Positions 46,057-60,882 of a stretch of DNA of 64,000 bases are shown here, piece by piece. Every line of letters begins with the position of its first letter. Positions within the stretch are counted from its first letter, which is position 1. The position numbers were made by a program, and so were the translations under genes. The stretch is taken from positions 33,227 to 97,226 of the forward strand of contig JBKQHU010000145.1 in the NCBI GenBank assembly GCA_052148655.1, read 5' to 3'. This DNA comes from Acidimicrobiales bacterium (GTDB lineage: Bacteria; Actinomycetota; Acidimicrobiia; Acidimicrobiales; Bog-793). The notes under the pieces are model-generated. The model made no database searches and had not been told where the DNA came from. It saw only the letters and a program-made list of their open reading frames with translations.

Positions 46057-47100
46057 ATGACCCCGACAGCGCCCGCCGGCCTCGGCGAGGAGATCGAAGG
46101 CCGTGTGGCCGAGCTCTTGGACCTGGTCGGCGCGCGGGGGAACCGCGACCTGCTCCGCGACATCCTCGTGACGGGCCTCTCGCTCGCCCGCATCGACGCC
46201 AGCCGGCTGGACCTCAAGATCGCTGCTTCGGCGCTCGACGAGATGGAGCGGGCCTTCGAGCTCTTCTCGCACTATCGGGGCATCCCGAAGCTGACCATGT
46301 TCGGCTCGGCGCGAACGGCGGTGTCCGACCCCCTCTACGCTCAGGCTACGGACCTCGCCGCCCGCATGGCCCATGAGAAGTGGCTCGTGGTCACGGGAGC
46401 CGGTCCCGGCATCATGGCTGCCGGAGCCGACGGCGCCGGCACCGACATGTCCCTCGGCGTCGAGATCCGCCTCCCGTTCGAGACCGTCTCGCACCCCCAG
46501 CTCGCCGCCGAGGGTCGCCTCGTGGAGATGAAGTACTTCTTCACACGAAAGCTCATGTTGATGAAGGAGTCGTCCGCGTTCGCGGTGCTGCCGGGCGGTT
46601 TCGGGACCCTGGACGAGTCCTTCGAGCTGTTCACGCTGCTTCAGACGGGCAAGGCCGAGCCTGCGCCGATCGTCCTGTTGGACCTTCCGGGCGACCCGTA
46701 CTGGGAGCAGCTCGCGGCGTTCTTGAACGGTGAGGTGATGCGAAGGGGTCTTGTGGACCCCGACGACGCCGCCCTGTACCGCATCACCGACGATGTCGGA
46801 GTGGCCGTCGATGAGATCCTTGGCTTCTACCGCAACTACCACTCCCGGCGCTTTGTCGGAACGACCATGGTCATCCGCTGCCGCTTCGCCCCAACCGACG
46901 GGGAGCTGGCCGCGCTCAACACCGAGTTCGCCGACATCTGCTCACCGAAGGGCATCTGGAGGACCGGTCCCCTGCCCCCGGAGCGAGCGGGTCGCGACCA
47001 CCTGGAACTGAAGCGCCTCGCCCTCGAGTTCGACCGGCGCTCCCACGGCCGGCTGCGCATGCTCATCGACACCATCAACTCCTGGCCCGCCTGCGGCTGA
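46057..47100 (+). CDS. LOG / TIGR00730 family Rossmann-fold nucleotide-binding protein (long form)
   Basis: FGSAR..., VTGAGPGIM and LPGGFGTLDE motifs characteristic of the LOG family. Confidence 0.75.
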   Translation: MTPTAPAGLGEEIEGRVAELLDLVGARGNRDLLRDILVTGLSLARIDASRLDLKIAASALDEMERAFELFSHYRGIPKLTMFGSARTAVSDPLYAQATDLAARMAHEKWLVVTGAGPGIMAAGADGAGTDMSLGVEIRLPFETVSHPQLAAEGRLVEMKYFFTRKLMLMKESSAFAVLPGGFGTLDESFELFTLLQTGKAEPAPIVLLDLPGDPYWEQLAAFLNGEVMRRGLVDPDDAALYRITDDVGVAVDEILGFYRNYHSRRFVGTTMVIRCRFAPTDGELAALNTEFADICSPKGIWRTGPLPPERAGRDHLELKRLALEFDRRSHGRLRMLIDTINSWPACG

Positions 47101-47104
47101 GCGC

Positions 47105-47401
47105 TCAGTCGGGGGCGTCGGGGGCCTCGTCGCCCGCCCGCGTGACGGCGCGTTCGGCCTGTGCCACGAGCGACGAGGCGCGTTCGACCGCGTTGCGGGC
47201 CCGCGACAGCAGCTTCTCGCGCACGAGGTCCGGATCGGCCCTGGAAGGTTTGGCTCCCCGGCGCAGCTGTGCCCGAAGGCAGTCGTAGGCGGCGTCGGCG
47301 AGCCGTTCGGCCACGGCGTCGAGCGCAGCCCTGATCTCCTCCAAGGTCTCGTCGCCCACGATGCCTCCCGGCCTTAGCCGCGTGCCTAAAGGGCCCAGCA
47401 C
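47105..47401 (-). CDS. small hypothetical helical protein
   Basis: 98-aa ORF convergent with the LOG gene (4-nt gap). No motif recognised. Coding status uncertain. Confidence 0.4.
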   Translation of the reverse strand: MLGPLGTRLRPGGIVGDETLEEIRAALDAVAERLADAAYDCLRAQLRRGAKPSRADPDLVREKLLSRARNAVERASSLVAQAERAVTRAGDEAPDAPD

Positions 47402-47490
47402 CCCCGCGTCGGGCGGAGGCCTCCCGGCTGAGAACCGCCGGCCCTGGTGCCCTCGGTAATCTTGCCATCATCGGGGGGCCATCGAGGAGG

Positions 47491-50130
47491 TTGCCGATGG
47501 GACAGGGGCAGGGACGGGACGCGCCCGGCTTTCAGGCGGACCGATCTGACAAGCCGGTCGTCCGCGCGCTCGAGCCAATTGCTGCCGCCCGCTCCGGGCC
47601 GGTGCTGCTGTTCGCCTGCGATAGCGAAGGCGTGCTCACCTTCCTGGACGGTGGTCTTTTGCCCGAACTGTGCGAGGCTCCGGGTTCCCTGCTCGGCAGG
47701 AGCTTGTCGGAGGTTCTCGCGGGCCAACGGGACATGGCCGACCTCGCCCGGCGCCTGGTCGGGGGCGAGCGCCTCGAGTTCGCCTCCGTCGCTTCCAAGC
47801 GCCACCATCTGGAGGTCTGGGGCGCGCCGCTGCACAGCGAGCTGGGCGAACCGGCCGGGGCGGCGGGGATGATCATCGACATCACGGGCCGCGTCGCCGC
47901 CGAACGGTCCCTGCTCGAGGCCGCCCGGCGCGAGATGGCCCTCGTCGAGCACACCTCGGATGCCGTCGTCTTCCTGGCACGCGACGGTCTCCTCCTCTCC
48001 GCCAACCCGGCCGCCCATCGTCTCCTCGGTCCTGGGTGGACCGAGGGCGAGGCGCTCAGGCTCGAGACGCTCGTCCATCCCGAGGACCGAGAGCGCCTCC
48101 GGCGCCACCTTGCCCGGGCAGGCGAGGGCCCGGGCAGCTCTGCGCCGGTCGAGTACCGGGTCGCGGACCGGGACGGCACGTGGCGCACCGTGGAGTCGAT
48201 CGCCAACAACTTTGCCGACGACCCCGCCGTCGGCGGTTTCATCGTCACGATCCGCGACGTCACGACCCACCGCGAGAGCAAGGACCGCCTGGCTGCGAAC
48301 GCCGCCCGCCAGGCGGCGCTCGCTGACCTCGGCCGCTGGGCGCTCGTCGGGCTCGCCTACCGCGACCTTGTCGCCGACGCCGTCACCCTTCTTAGCGAGC
48401 AGCTCGCGGCGGACTTCGTGCACGTGTTCGAGGCGACGCCCGACGCCGCCTTGCTGACCCTGACCGCCAGTCAGGGTCACAGCCCCTCCGGTCCGGAGCT
48501 GCTCTCTGGCGATCCGACGTCCTCGCCGGTCAGCTTCGCGCTCGTCACCCAGGAGACCGTCGTCTCTCACGACCTCGCCCGCGAGGCGCGCTTCGAGATT
48601 CCCGAGCTTTGGACCCGCGCCCAGGCCATGAGCGTGATCGAGGCTCCGATCCCGGGACAGGACTCACCTGCCGGTGTTCTCGGAGTGGGATGGGCCAGCC
48701 CGCGCCGGTTCGCCGAAGAGGACGTGAACTTCGTCGTGGCCGTCGCGAACGTGCTGGCGGCCGCGGCCGCCCGCAGCCGCGCCGAGGCCGCCATCCGTCA
48801 CCAGGCGCTGCACGACCCGTTGACGGGCTTGGCGAACCGCCTGATTCTCGCGGAGCACGGCCACACGATCGCGGCGCCGAACCAGTCCGAGATGAGCGGG
48901 GCGCGGCGCACGGTGCTGGTGGTGGACCTAGACCGCTTCCAGGAGGTGAACGACATCCTCGGGCACGCCGTGGGCGACCTCGTGCTCGTGGAGGTCGCGC
49001 GACGGCTCCGCGGCCTCGGCGAGCCTGTGGAGCTCGTCGCCCGCCTCGGCGCCGACGAATTCGCCATCGTTGCCACGAACGCCGCCGCACCGGCCGACGG
49101 CGATGCCGTGGCCGACCGCGTCCTCAAGGCCCTCGCCGAGGCGATCGACGTCGGCGGCGTGAGACTGCGCATGCGCGCAAGCGTCGGCGTCGCCGAGGCC
49201 GCTGTGGACGAGAACGGCCTGAGCCTGGGCGTGCCGGCCCTCCTGCAGCGCGCGGAGGCGGCCATGTACCGCGCCAAGGCCGAGCACGCTGGCGTGCGTC
49301 ACTACAGCGACGACCTCGAGCGCTCCAGCGTGTCGCGTCTCGCGCTCGCGGGCGAGTTGGCCGACGCCCTCGAGCGCAACGAGCTCAGCCTCGTCTACCA
49401 ACCCAAGGTCGACGCCCGCACAAAGCTCGTGACCGGCGTCGAGGCGCTGGTGCGCTGGCGGCACCCGAGCCGTGGGCTGCTCGGCCCCGACGCCTTCATT
49501 CCCCTCGCGGAACAGACCGGCATGATCCGCGAGGTGACGAATTGGGTGCTGCAACGAGCGCTCGCCGAATGCGCCGGTTGGCATCGCTTAGGACGCCGGC
49601 TCCCCGTCGCTGTCAACCTGTCGGCCGCCACCGTGCACGACCCTGATCTCATGGACGCGGTCGTGAAAGCCGCCAGCGGGTCCGGGCTGCCACCGGAGTC
49701 CATCGAGCTCGAGATCACCGAGAGCGCAGTCATGTCCGACCCTGAGGGCGCCCTGCTCAGCCTCCAGTCCCTCGTCGACTACGGCGTGCGCCTCTCCCTC
49801 GACGACTTCGGCACGGGCAACTCATCGCTCTCGTACCTGCAGCGCCTCCCGGTCTCCGCCGTCAAGATCGACAAGTCCTTCGTGGAGCCACTGCTCAGTG
49901 ACGAGACGGCCAGGGCGATCGTCCGTGCGGTGGTCGACCTCGCCCACAGCCTGAACCTGTCGGTCATCGCCGAGGGGGTCGACTCCGGGCCGGTCATGGA
50001 GCAGCTGACGGCGCTCGGCTGCGACGCCCTGCAGGGCTTCTACGTGGCGAGCCCGATGAGCCCGGAACGCCTCGAGCGGTGGATAGCCACGAACTCGCCG
50101 GGAGGGGCGCGCCAAACCGGGCAGCCCTGA
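47491..50130 (+). CDS. PAS/GAF sensor with degenerate GGDEF domain and EAL phosphodiesterase domain
   Basis: PAS and GAF-like N-terminal regions. The GGDEF domain has DLDRFQEVND and GADEF. The EAL domain has EALVRW, DDFGTGNSSLSYL, KIDKSF and EGVD. Confidence 0.88.
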   Translation: MPMGQGQGRDAPGFQADRSDKPVVRALEPIAAARSGPVLLFACDSEGVLTFLDGGLLPELCEAPGSLLGRSLSEVLAGQRDMADLARRLVGGERLEFASVASKRHHLEVWGAPLHSELGEPAGAAGMIIDITGRVAAERSLLEAARREMALVEHTSDAVVFLARDGLLLSANPAAHRLLGPGWTEGEALRLETLVHPEDRERLRRHLARAGEGPGSSAPVEYRVADRDGTWRTVESIANNFADDPAVGGFIVTIRDVTTHRESKDRLAANAARQAALADLGRWALVGLAYRDLVADAVTLLSEQLAADFVHVFEATPDAALLTLTASQGHSPSGPELLSGDPTSSPVSFALVTQETVVSHDLAREARFEIPELWTRAQAMSVIEAPIPGQDSPAGVLGVGWASPRRFAEEDVNFVVAVANVLAAAAARSRAEAAIRHQALHDPLTGLANRLILAEHGHTIAAPNQSEMSGARRTVLVVDLDRFQEVNDILGHAVGDLVLVEVARRLRGLGEPVELVARLGADEFAIVATNAAAPADGDAVADRVLKALAEAIDVGGVRLRMRASVGVAEAAVDENGLSLGVPALLQRAEAAMYRAKAEHAGVRHYSDDLERSSVSRLALAGELADALERNELSLVYQPKVDARTKLVTGVEALVRWRHPSRGLLGPDAFIPLAEQTGMIREVTNWVLQRALAECAGWHRLGRRLPVAVNLSAATVHDPDLMDAVVKAASGSGLPPESIELEITESAVMSDPEGALLSLQSLVDYGVRLSLDDFGTGNSSLSYLQRLPVSAVKIDKSFVEPLLSDETARAIVRAVVDLAHSLNLSVIAEGVDSGPVMEQLTALGCDALQGFYVASPMSPERLERWIATNSPGGARQTGQP

Positions 50131-50148
50131 GGTCCGGCGGCGCTCCGG

Positions 50149-51658
50149 TCAGCGCAGCGCCAGCTGACCTGGCTGCACAGGGGCGAAAAGATCAGTCCGG
50201 CCCATCAGGTAGCGGTCCACGCCAGCGGCGGCGGAGCGGCCCTCCGCTATCGCCCAGACGATCAGGCTCTGGCCACGCACCATGTCGCCGCAGGCGAACA
50301 CACCGGGGACGCTGGTCGCGAAGGACCTGTCGACTGCGACATTGCCCCGCGGGTCAAGACCGAGCCCGAGATCGGCCACGCATCCGTCGACCTCGGGGCC
50401 GGTAAAACCCATGGCGATCAGGATGAGATCGGCCTCGAGCTCGAAGGCCGTCCCCGGTACCGCCACGAACGAAGGGCGCCCGTCGACGGTGGTGAGCTCG
50501 ACTGTCTCGGCCCTGAGCGCTCGCACCGCACCGGTCCCATCGTCCAAGAGCTCGGTCGTCCCCACCGCGAAGAGGCGCTCACCTCCTTCCTCGTGAGCCG
50601 CGCTCGAACGCAGGATCACCGGCCAGGTCGGCCACGGGTTGTCCGCTGCACGCACCGGTGAGGGCATCGGGAGGATCTCGAGCTGAGTGACCGAGTAGGC
50701 GCCCTGGCGGTGGACAGTCCCGAGGCAGTCCGCCCCGGTGTCGCCGCCCCCGATGATCACGACGCGCTTTCCGTGCGCACCGATGGGGGGCTCGTCGAGG
50801 GCACCCTCGCAGACCAGGTTGGCCGACTTCAGGTAGTCCATGGCGAAGTGGACGCCCCGCAGCTCGCGTCCGGGCACGCTCAGGTCGCGTGGGCGGGTCG
50901 CACCCGCAGCCAGCACCACGGCGTCGAAGTCGCCCAACAGGGCGGACGTCGGGATCACCGAGGCGTCCGGGGCGCAGGCCCCGGTCATCTCGGCGCCGCG
51001 CCATGGCTCCGGCCCCCCGACACACACGCGCGTGCGGAACTCGGTACCCTCCTTCTCCATCTGGGCGAGGCGCCTTTCCAGCACCGACTTCTCCAGCTTG
51101 AACTCCGGGATCCCGTAGCGCAGGAGGCCCCCGATGCGCTCGGCCCGCTCGAAGACGACCACCGCGTGCCCGCAGCGTGTCAGCTGTTGGGCGGCCGCGA
51201 GCCCGGAAGGGCCCGAACCCACGACGGCCACCTTCTTGCCCGTCATCCGCGGCGCCCTGTGCGGCGCGAGCACCCCGGAGCCCGCCGCCCACTCGGCGGT
51301 CTCGAGCTCGACCTGCTTGATGAGCACCGGTTCGGACACGAGCCCCAGCACGCAGGAGCCCTCGCACGGCGCCGGGCACAGCCTGCCCGTGAACTCGGGG
51401 AAGTTGTTCGTGGCATGGAGACGGTCGCTCGCCTCGGCGAAGCGCCCACGCTCGACCAGGTCGTTCCACTCCGGGATGAGGTTGCCCAGCGGGCAGCCCT
51501 CGTGACAAAAGGCGATGCCGCAACTCATGCAGCGGGCGGCCTGCTCGGTGAGCTCCTCGCGCCCGAAGGGGAGGTACACCTCCCTCCAGTCCCGGACTCG
51601 GGCCTCCACCGGCCGACGCCTGGGGCCGGTGCGCTCGTAACGCAGGAAACCCCGCGGA

Positions 51659-51666
<8 letters not shown>
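50149..51666 (-). CDS. gltD: glutamate synthase small subunit
   Basis: Fe-S Cys motifs ([18 protein letters not shown]), [12 protein letters not shown] and GGGDTGADC. Confidence 0.92.
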
Positions 51667-56242
<4,576 letters not shown>

Positions 56243-56387
56243 CGGCGTCCTCTTGGCGATCGGAGCGGACCTGGCGACCATCTCGGTCCCCGGGTCGGAC
56301 TTGTTTCCGGCTCAGCGGTTCGGCAACTCCACCGTCGGCTGATAGCCGGGACGCCCTTGGCCCAGCAGATGTGGGCAGAGATTACAC

Positions 56388-56431
56388 AAAAACCGCCCAT
56401 GCCCGGTACCGCTGCGCACGACCGGGCGGCG
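56388..56431 (-). terminator. intrinsic terminator with U-tract after the DUF2510 gene
   Basis: The minus strand reads GCCGCCCGGT-cgtgcgcagcggt-ACCGGGCATGGGCGG followed by TTTTTG, about 20 nt after the TGA at 56453-56455. Confidence 0.6.
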
Positions 56432-56452
56432 CTACCGGCCACGCGCAAGCGG

Positions 56453-57097
56453 TCACATCGGGTCGGTGCTTATCTTCCCGCCGTCGGCCACGTGCTCGGT
56501 GAACCTGGTCCCGTCCCAGTAGCGCAGCTCGTGGCGCCCGCTCGGATCCGGGAGCCATGACCGCGGCGTGCGCGGCGGCGTGGGCGGCGGCGGGGCCTGA
56601 GCCGGGGCGACGGCCCCGCCCGCGGGCCCGGGCTGTCCGAGCCCCGGGAACACGGTCCCGGGAGGGGGAGGTGCCTCCCAGCCCCCCGGTGGCGGGGCGC
56701 CCCCGTAGCCGGGCGGCGGTGCCTGCCACCCGCCTCGGCCCGGCGCGTCCCATCCCTGTGGCGCGCCCGCGCCCCACTGGCCGGGCCGCTGTCCTCCGCC
56801 CCGGCGCGCGCCAGGGCCACGGCGTTGGGGCCCGCCGTCCCGGTCCGCCGGCCCTGACTCCGGTCGCGTCGTCAAGCACGCGATCACGTACATGAGCACG
56901 CCGATCAGCGACAGGAACAGCAACAGCACGGCCCACATCCCCGAAGGCACCCTCCAGGGAGTCACACCGTGGGAGCGCTTGTAACGTTCCGAAAGGAAGT
57001 AGCCGACCGATGCGAGGATGATCCCGAGCACGGCCTCTTCCACCAGCGTCGTGCTCGTGTAGACGAGGACCAGGCCGACGAGCCTCTCGAAGTGCAC
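56453..57097 (-). CDS. DUF2510 domain membrane protein with P/G-rich linker
   Basis: Two N-terminal TM helices, a Pro/Gly-rich low-complexity linker, and C-terminal [23 protein letters not shown] (DUF2510-type). Confidence 0.7.
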   Translation of the reverse strand: MHFERLVGLVLVYTSTTLVEEAVLGIILASVGYFLSERYKRSHGVTPWRVPSGMWAVLLLFLSLIGVLMYVIACLTTRPESGPADRDGGPQRRGPGARRGGGQRPGQWGAGAPQGWDAPGRGGWQAPPPGYGGAPPPGGWEAPPPPGTVFPGLGQPGPAGGAVAPAQAPPPPTPPRTPRSWLPDPSGRHELRYWDGTRFTEHVADGGKISTDPM

Positions 57098-57259
57098 GCA
57101 TCGAGCGTATCCCGCAGTTGCACGCCGGCCGTGAACCTGTCAGCGGGGAGGCCGGACCATGCCCGACTCCGGGCCGGCCTCAAGCTGCCCAGGCCACCCA
57201 CGGTCGCGCCAAGACCCCGGAGAGGTCCCGGCGGCCGGGACGAACCTAGGATCGCCGCC

Positions 57260-58111
57260 GTGGACCACGACCCGCACGCCCTCGCGCCAGAGCTGAGCCC
57301 GACCCCGAAGGTGGCCCTCACCATCGCCGGGAGCGATTCCGGGGCCGGCGCGGGCATTGCCGCCGACCTGCGCACCTTCGCGGCTTTGGGTGTGTTCGGG
57401 ACGCTCGTGGTGACCGCCGTCACGGCACAGAACACCGTCGGCGTGCGTGAATTCCTTGCCATGACCCCCGCCATGGTGTCGGCTCAGCTCGACGCGGTCC
57501 TCTCTGACTTCGACGTGCGCGCCGCCAAGACCGGGATGCTGGCAACCTCCGCCACTGTCGATCTGCTGGCGAGCCGCGGTGTGGCAGGCCAGCTCCCGCT
57601 CCTCGTGATCGACCCCGTGCTCGTCTCCTCGAGCGGTAGGCCGATGTTCCCCGGCGACGACGTCGCCGGCGCCTACCGGGGCCTTTTCGCCCACGCCACC
57701 GTCGTGACGCCCAACCTTCCCGAGGCCGGGCTGCTCACCGGCCGTGAGCTCGGGGATCTCGACGCCATTGCAGAGGCGGCCCGGGAGCTGCACGCCCTCG
57801 GGCCACAGCTCGTCATAGTCAAGGGCGGACGGCGGCCTGGCGCCGAAGCCGTCGACGTCGCCTTCGACGGCCGTTGCGTGACGATGCTGCGGGCTCCGTG
57901 GGTCGACACCGCGAACGTCCATGGCACCGGTTGCACGTTCTCGGCCGCGATAGCGGCCAACCTCGCCCTCGGGCTCGAACCCCTCGAGGCGGCCGTCGCG
58001 GCCAAAGGATTCGTCACGAGGGCGATCCTCGGGGGTTCGCGGTGGCACCTCGGTGCCGGCCATGGGCCCCTCGACCAGCTCGGCGCGGCGGCCCGTACCG
58101 GTACCGCCTGA
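57260..58111 (+). CDS. thiD: hydroxymethylpyrimidine/phosphomethylpyrimidine kinase
   Basis: [24 protein letters not shown] and [12 protein letters not shown] motifs. The GTG at 57260 is inferred; the ORF track begins at 56969 inside the neighbouring gene. Confidence 0.85.
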   Translation: MDHDPHALAPELSPTPKVALTIAGSDSGAGAGIAADLRTFAALGVFGTLVVTAVTAQNTVGVREFLAMTPAMVSAQLDAVLSDFDVRAAKTGMLATSATVDLLASRGVAGQLPLLVIDPVLVSSSGRPMFPGDDVAGAYRGLFAHATVVTPNLPEAGLLTGRELGDLDAIAEAARELHALGPQLVIVKGGRRPGAEAVDVAFDGRCVTMLRAPWVDTANVHGTGCTFSAAIAANLALGLEPLEAAVAAKGFVTRAILGGSRWHLGAGHGPLDQLGAAARTGTA

Positions 58112-58170
58112 GAAGAGCCGGCCCTGCGTGCGGGGCCCGGGAGGGACCGTGTCAGGGTGGCTTCAGAGGC

Positions 58171-59418
58171 TCACAGCCGGCTCGGGGCGCCGTAGGGGTG
58201 GAGCACCTCGGGGATGGCGACGTGGCCTTCGCTGTCCTGATTCGCCTCGAGCAGGGCGATGAGGAACCTCGCCGTCATGGCGGTCCCGTTCAAGGTGTGC
58301 ACGAAGCGCAGCGATCCGTCCTCGTCACGGAAGCGGACGTTGAGCCGCCGGGCCTGATAGTCCGTCGTGTTCGAGCACGATGTGATCTCCCGGTACCGTT
58401 GCTGGCTCGGGATCCAGGCCTCCACGTCGTACTTCTTGGCGGCCGACGGCCCGAGGTCGCCGGCCGCGGTGACCACTACGCGGTAGGCGATCCCCAGGCC
58501 GCTGACGAGGTCCTCCTCGATAGCGAGGATCTCCTCGTGGTGCTCGCGCGAGCGCCCCGGATCGGTGAACAGGAACATCTCCACCTTGTCGAACTGGTGC
58601 ACCCGGAAGATGCCCCGGGTGTCGCGCCCGGCTGCACCCGCCTCACGCCTGAAACAGGTGGAGTAACCCGCGTAACACAGCGGGAGCTGATCGGCCGGGA
58701 GGACCTCGCCCTGGTGCAGGCCGGCCAGTGCCACCTCGGAGGTCCCGGTCAGGTACAGCCCGTCGCTTGTGACCTGGTAGAGGTTGACCTCGTCGGTCGG
58801 CAGGAAGCCCGTACCGTACATGGCCGACTCCCGCACCAGCACCGGCGGCAGGACCGGCTCGAAGCCGCGCCCGACCAGCCGGTCGAGGGCGTAGCGGTAA
58901 AGGGCCAGCTCCGCGAGCGCGACGCCACCTCTGCGGTAGGCGAAGCGGGCGCCTGAAACCCTCGCCCCGCGCTCGAGGTCGAAGCCGGGACGCCCGAGGC
59001 CGTCTGGGCCCAATGCCGACGTCAGCTCGACGTGGTCGCGGGGCGTGAAGGAGAACTCCGCCGGCGTGCCCACCCTGCGCAGCTCCAAGGCGTCCTCGTC
59101 GCTGTAGCCGTCAGGGGCGGAATCGTCCGGTGGGTTCGGCAGGGCGCCGAGCAGCTGGGAACGCCGGCCCTCGAGCTCTTCGAGCCTGGTTTCGGCGACC
59201 CGCAGCTGCTGGCTCAAAAGCAAGAGGGCGGCCCTCTCCTCTTCGGTGGGCTTGCCCTTCGGTCTCGTCCTGCGGCGGAGCTCGTCGACCTCGGTCGTGA
59301 GCTCGCGCCAGAGCCCGTCGACCTGCAAGAGGTCGTCGAAGTCCCCCGCCGCCCCTTTGCGGGCGAGGGCGCGGCGAAACTCTTCTGGGTGCTCGCGGGC
59401 CAGGCGGATATCGATCAT
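58171..59418 (-). CDS. serS: seryl-tRNA synthetase
   Basis: MIDIRLAREHPE N-terminal coiled-coil arm and class II motifs (FRREAG, GTAMT...). Confidence 0.95.
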   Translation of the reverse strand: MIDIRLAREHPEEFRRALARKGAAGDFDDLLQVDGLWRELTTEVDELRRRTRPKGKPTEEERAALLLLSQQLRVAETRLEELEGRRSQLLGALPNPPDDSAPDGYSDEDALELRRVGTPAEFSFTPRDHVELTSALGPDGLGRPGFDLERGARVSGARFAYRRGGVALAELALYRYALDRLVGRGFEPVLPPVLVRESAMYGTGFLPTDEVNLYQVTSDGLYLTGTSEVALAGLHQGEVLPADQLPLCYAGYSTCFRREAGAAGRDTRGIFRVHQFDKVEMFLFTDPGRSREHHEEILAIEEDLVSGLGIAYRVVVTAAGDLGPSAAKKYDVEAWIPSQQRYREITSCSNTTDYQARRLNVRFRDEDGSLRFVHTLNGTAMTARFLIALLEANQDSEGHVAIPEVLHPYGAPSRL

Positions 59419-59493
59419 CGCGAGCAGCCTACGAGCAGCGCCGCAGCCGGCCCGGGATCTCTCCGGTGATGACGGTGTGACCTCGCACGGCAG

Positions 59494-60882
59494 CTACCGG
59501 CGCTTGCCCTTCTTGCGGGGCCGCTGTGGGGGACGCCGTGCCGGCGTGCCGGCGCGGGGTGCTCCCTGGGGCGTCCTCGCAGCTGTACCACCGGGCGGTG
59601 CCCCGGCCACTCCCGGGCCCGGGACCGTCGGCTCCCCGTCCACCGGGGGGTGCAAATCCGAGTCGAGCTCACCGGCGCCGTCTTGCGCCGGGGCCCGCCC
59701 GACCCCGTCCGCCGGTGCGCCGCGCCGGTTCGCGCCCGGGCGAAGCGTTGCCGGCTTGGACTGGGCGACACCCGAGGAGCGACGGCGCTTGAGCGAGCCT
59801 GCAGGCTCTGCGGTGCTCAACGCGCCCGCCGCCACGGCTGCCGGTGAGATCAGCTGCGTTGCAGTCCCGCGCGACTCGAGCCGCTCGCGAATCCGCCGGT
59901 AACGCTCCTCGTGCTCCTTCTCCATCGCCAAAAGCGGCGACGCGATGAAGATCGACGAGTAGGCCCCGCTCGTCAGGCCGATCAAAAGGGCCAGGCCGAA
60001 GTACTCGAGCGTGACCGCTCCGAGTATCTCGGCGCCCAGGACCAGCACGGCGAGGATCGGCAGGATGGCGACCAGCGAGGTATTGATCGAGCGGGCGAGG
60101 GTCTGGTTCATCGAGAGGTTCACGACGTCGGTGTAGGACAGCTTCCCGGTCGCGCCGAGGCCGCGCGAGTTGTCGCGCACGCGGTCGAAAACGACGATCG
60201 TGTCATACAGCGAGTAGCCGAGGACGGTCAGGAACGCCACGACGGTGTCCGGCGTGACGAGGAAGGCGAGAAGGGAGTAGATCCCGACTGTCACGAGGAT
60301 GTCGTGCGCGACCGCGACGATCGCCGCCACCGCCATCTTCCACTCGAAGAAGATCGAGATGTAGGCCGAGATCACGATGAAAAAGACGATCAGGGCCTCT
60401 ACCGCCTTATGGGTGATGTCGCTGCCCCATGTCGGCCCGACGTTCTCGACCGACACCGAGGAGGCTGACTTGTGCGTCAGGCCTGCGAGGACCGCGGCCA
60501 CCTTGGTGGCCTCGGTCGTGCTCACTCCGGTCGAGTTCTTGGCAAGCTTCGCCTCGACGTCAAGGCTCTGCTTGGAGCCGCTCCCGAGCATTGTGATCGT
60601 GGCGCCCCCGAAGCCCAACGGGACTAGGGCCTTCTGCGCTTGGGCCACGGTCACGCCGGGTGCCGCGACCTGCCAGGAGGTGCCCCCTACGAACTCGATG
60701 CTGTAGTTGAGGCCCCTCGTGCCGAGCGAGACCAGGCCGGCGATGATCACGATGCCCGAGGCCGCGAACCACCATCTCCGCCTGCGGACGAAGTCGAAGC
60801 GGGTCTGGCCGTGGTAAAGCCGCAGCAGCGCATTTGGCCTACGCGCCTCGGCGCCGCCGAGCTCAATGGAAGCGGTGCTCAT
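59494..60882 (-). CDS. secF: protein translocase subunit SecF with long disordered C-terminal tail
   Basis: SecF TM core (LVTPDTVVAFLTVLGYSLYDTIVVFDR). About 130 extra P/A/G/R-rich residues after the core. 4-nt overlap with secD. Confidence 0.9.
   Translation of the reverse strand: MSTASIELGGAEARRPNALLRLYHGQTRFDFVRRRRWWFAASGIVIIAGLVSLGTRGLNYSIEFVGGTSWQVAAPGVTVAQAQKALVPLGFGGATITMLGSGSKQSLDVEAKLAKNSTGVSTTEATKVAAVLAGLTHKSASSVSVENVGPTWGSDITHKAVEALIVFFIVISAYISIFFEWKMAVAAIVAVAHDILVTVGIYSLLAFLVTPDTVVAFLTVLGYSLYDTIVVFDRVRDNSRGLGATGKLSYTDVVNLSMNQTLARSINTSLVAILPILAVLVLGAEILGAVTLEYFGLALLIGLTSGAYSSIFIASPLLAMEKEHEERYRRIRERLESRGTATQLISPAAVAAGALSTAEPAGSLKRRRSSGVAQSKPATLRPGANRRGAPADGVGRAPAQDGAGELDSDLHPPVDGEPTVPGPGVAGAPPGGTAARTPQGAPRAGTPARRPPQRPRKKGKRR

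Noticed and set aside
56282-56387. A GlnR-box-like GAAAC motif upstream of gltB.
   Set aside because: Only a single GAAAC half-site with loosely matching neighbours is present. No confident a-site/b-site pair could be built without a matrix scan.
57098-57259. Possible TPP riboswitch upstream of thiD (contains GTGAACCTG, reminiscent of the GAACCUGAUC element).
   Set aside because: The CUGAGA box and the pyrophosphate-sensor helix sequence are absent. Only two simple GC hairpins are present (AGGCCGG…CCGGCCT and GTCCCGG-cgg-CCGGGAC).
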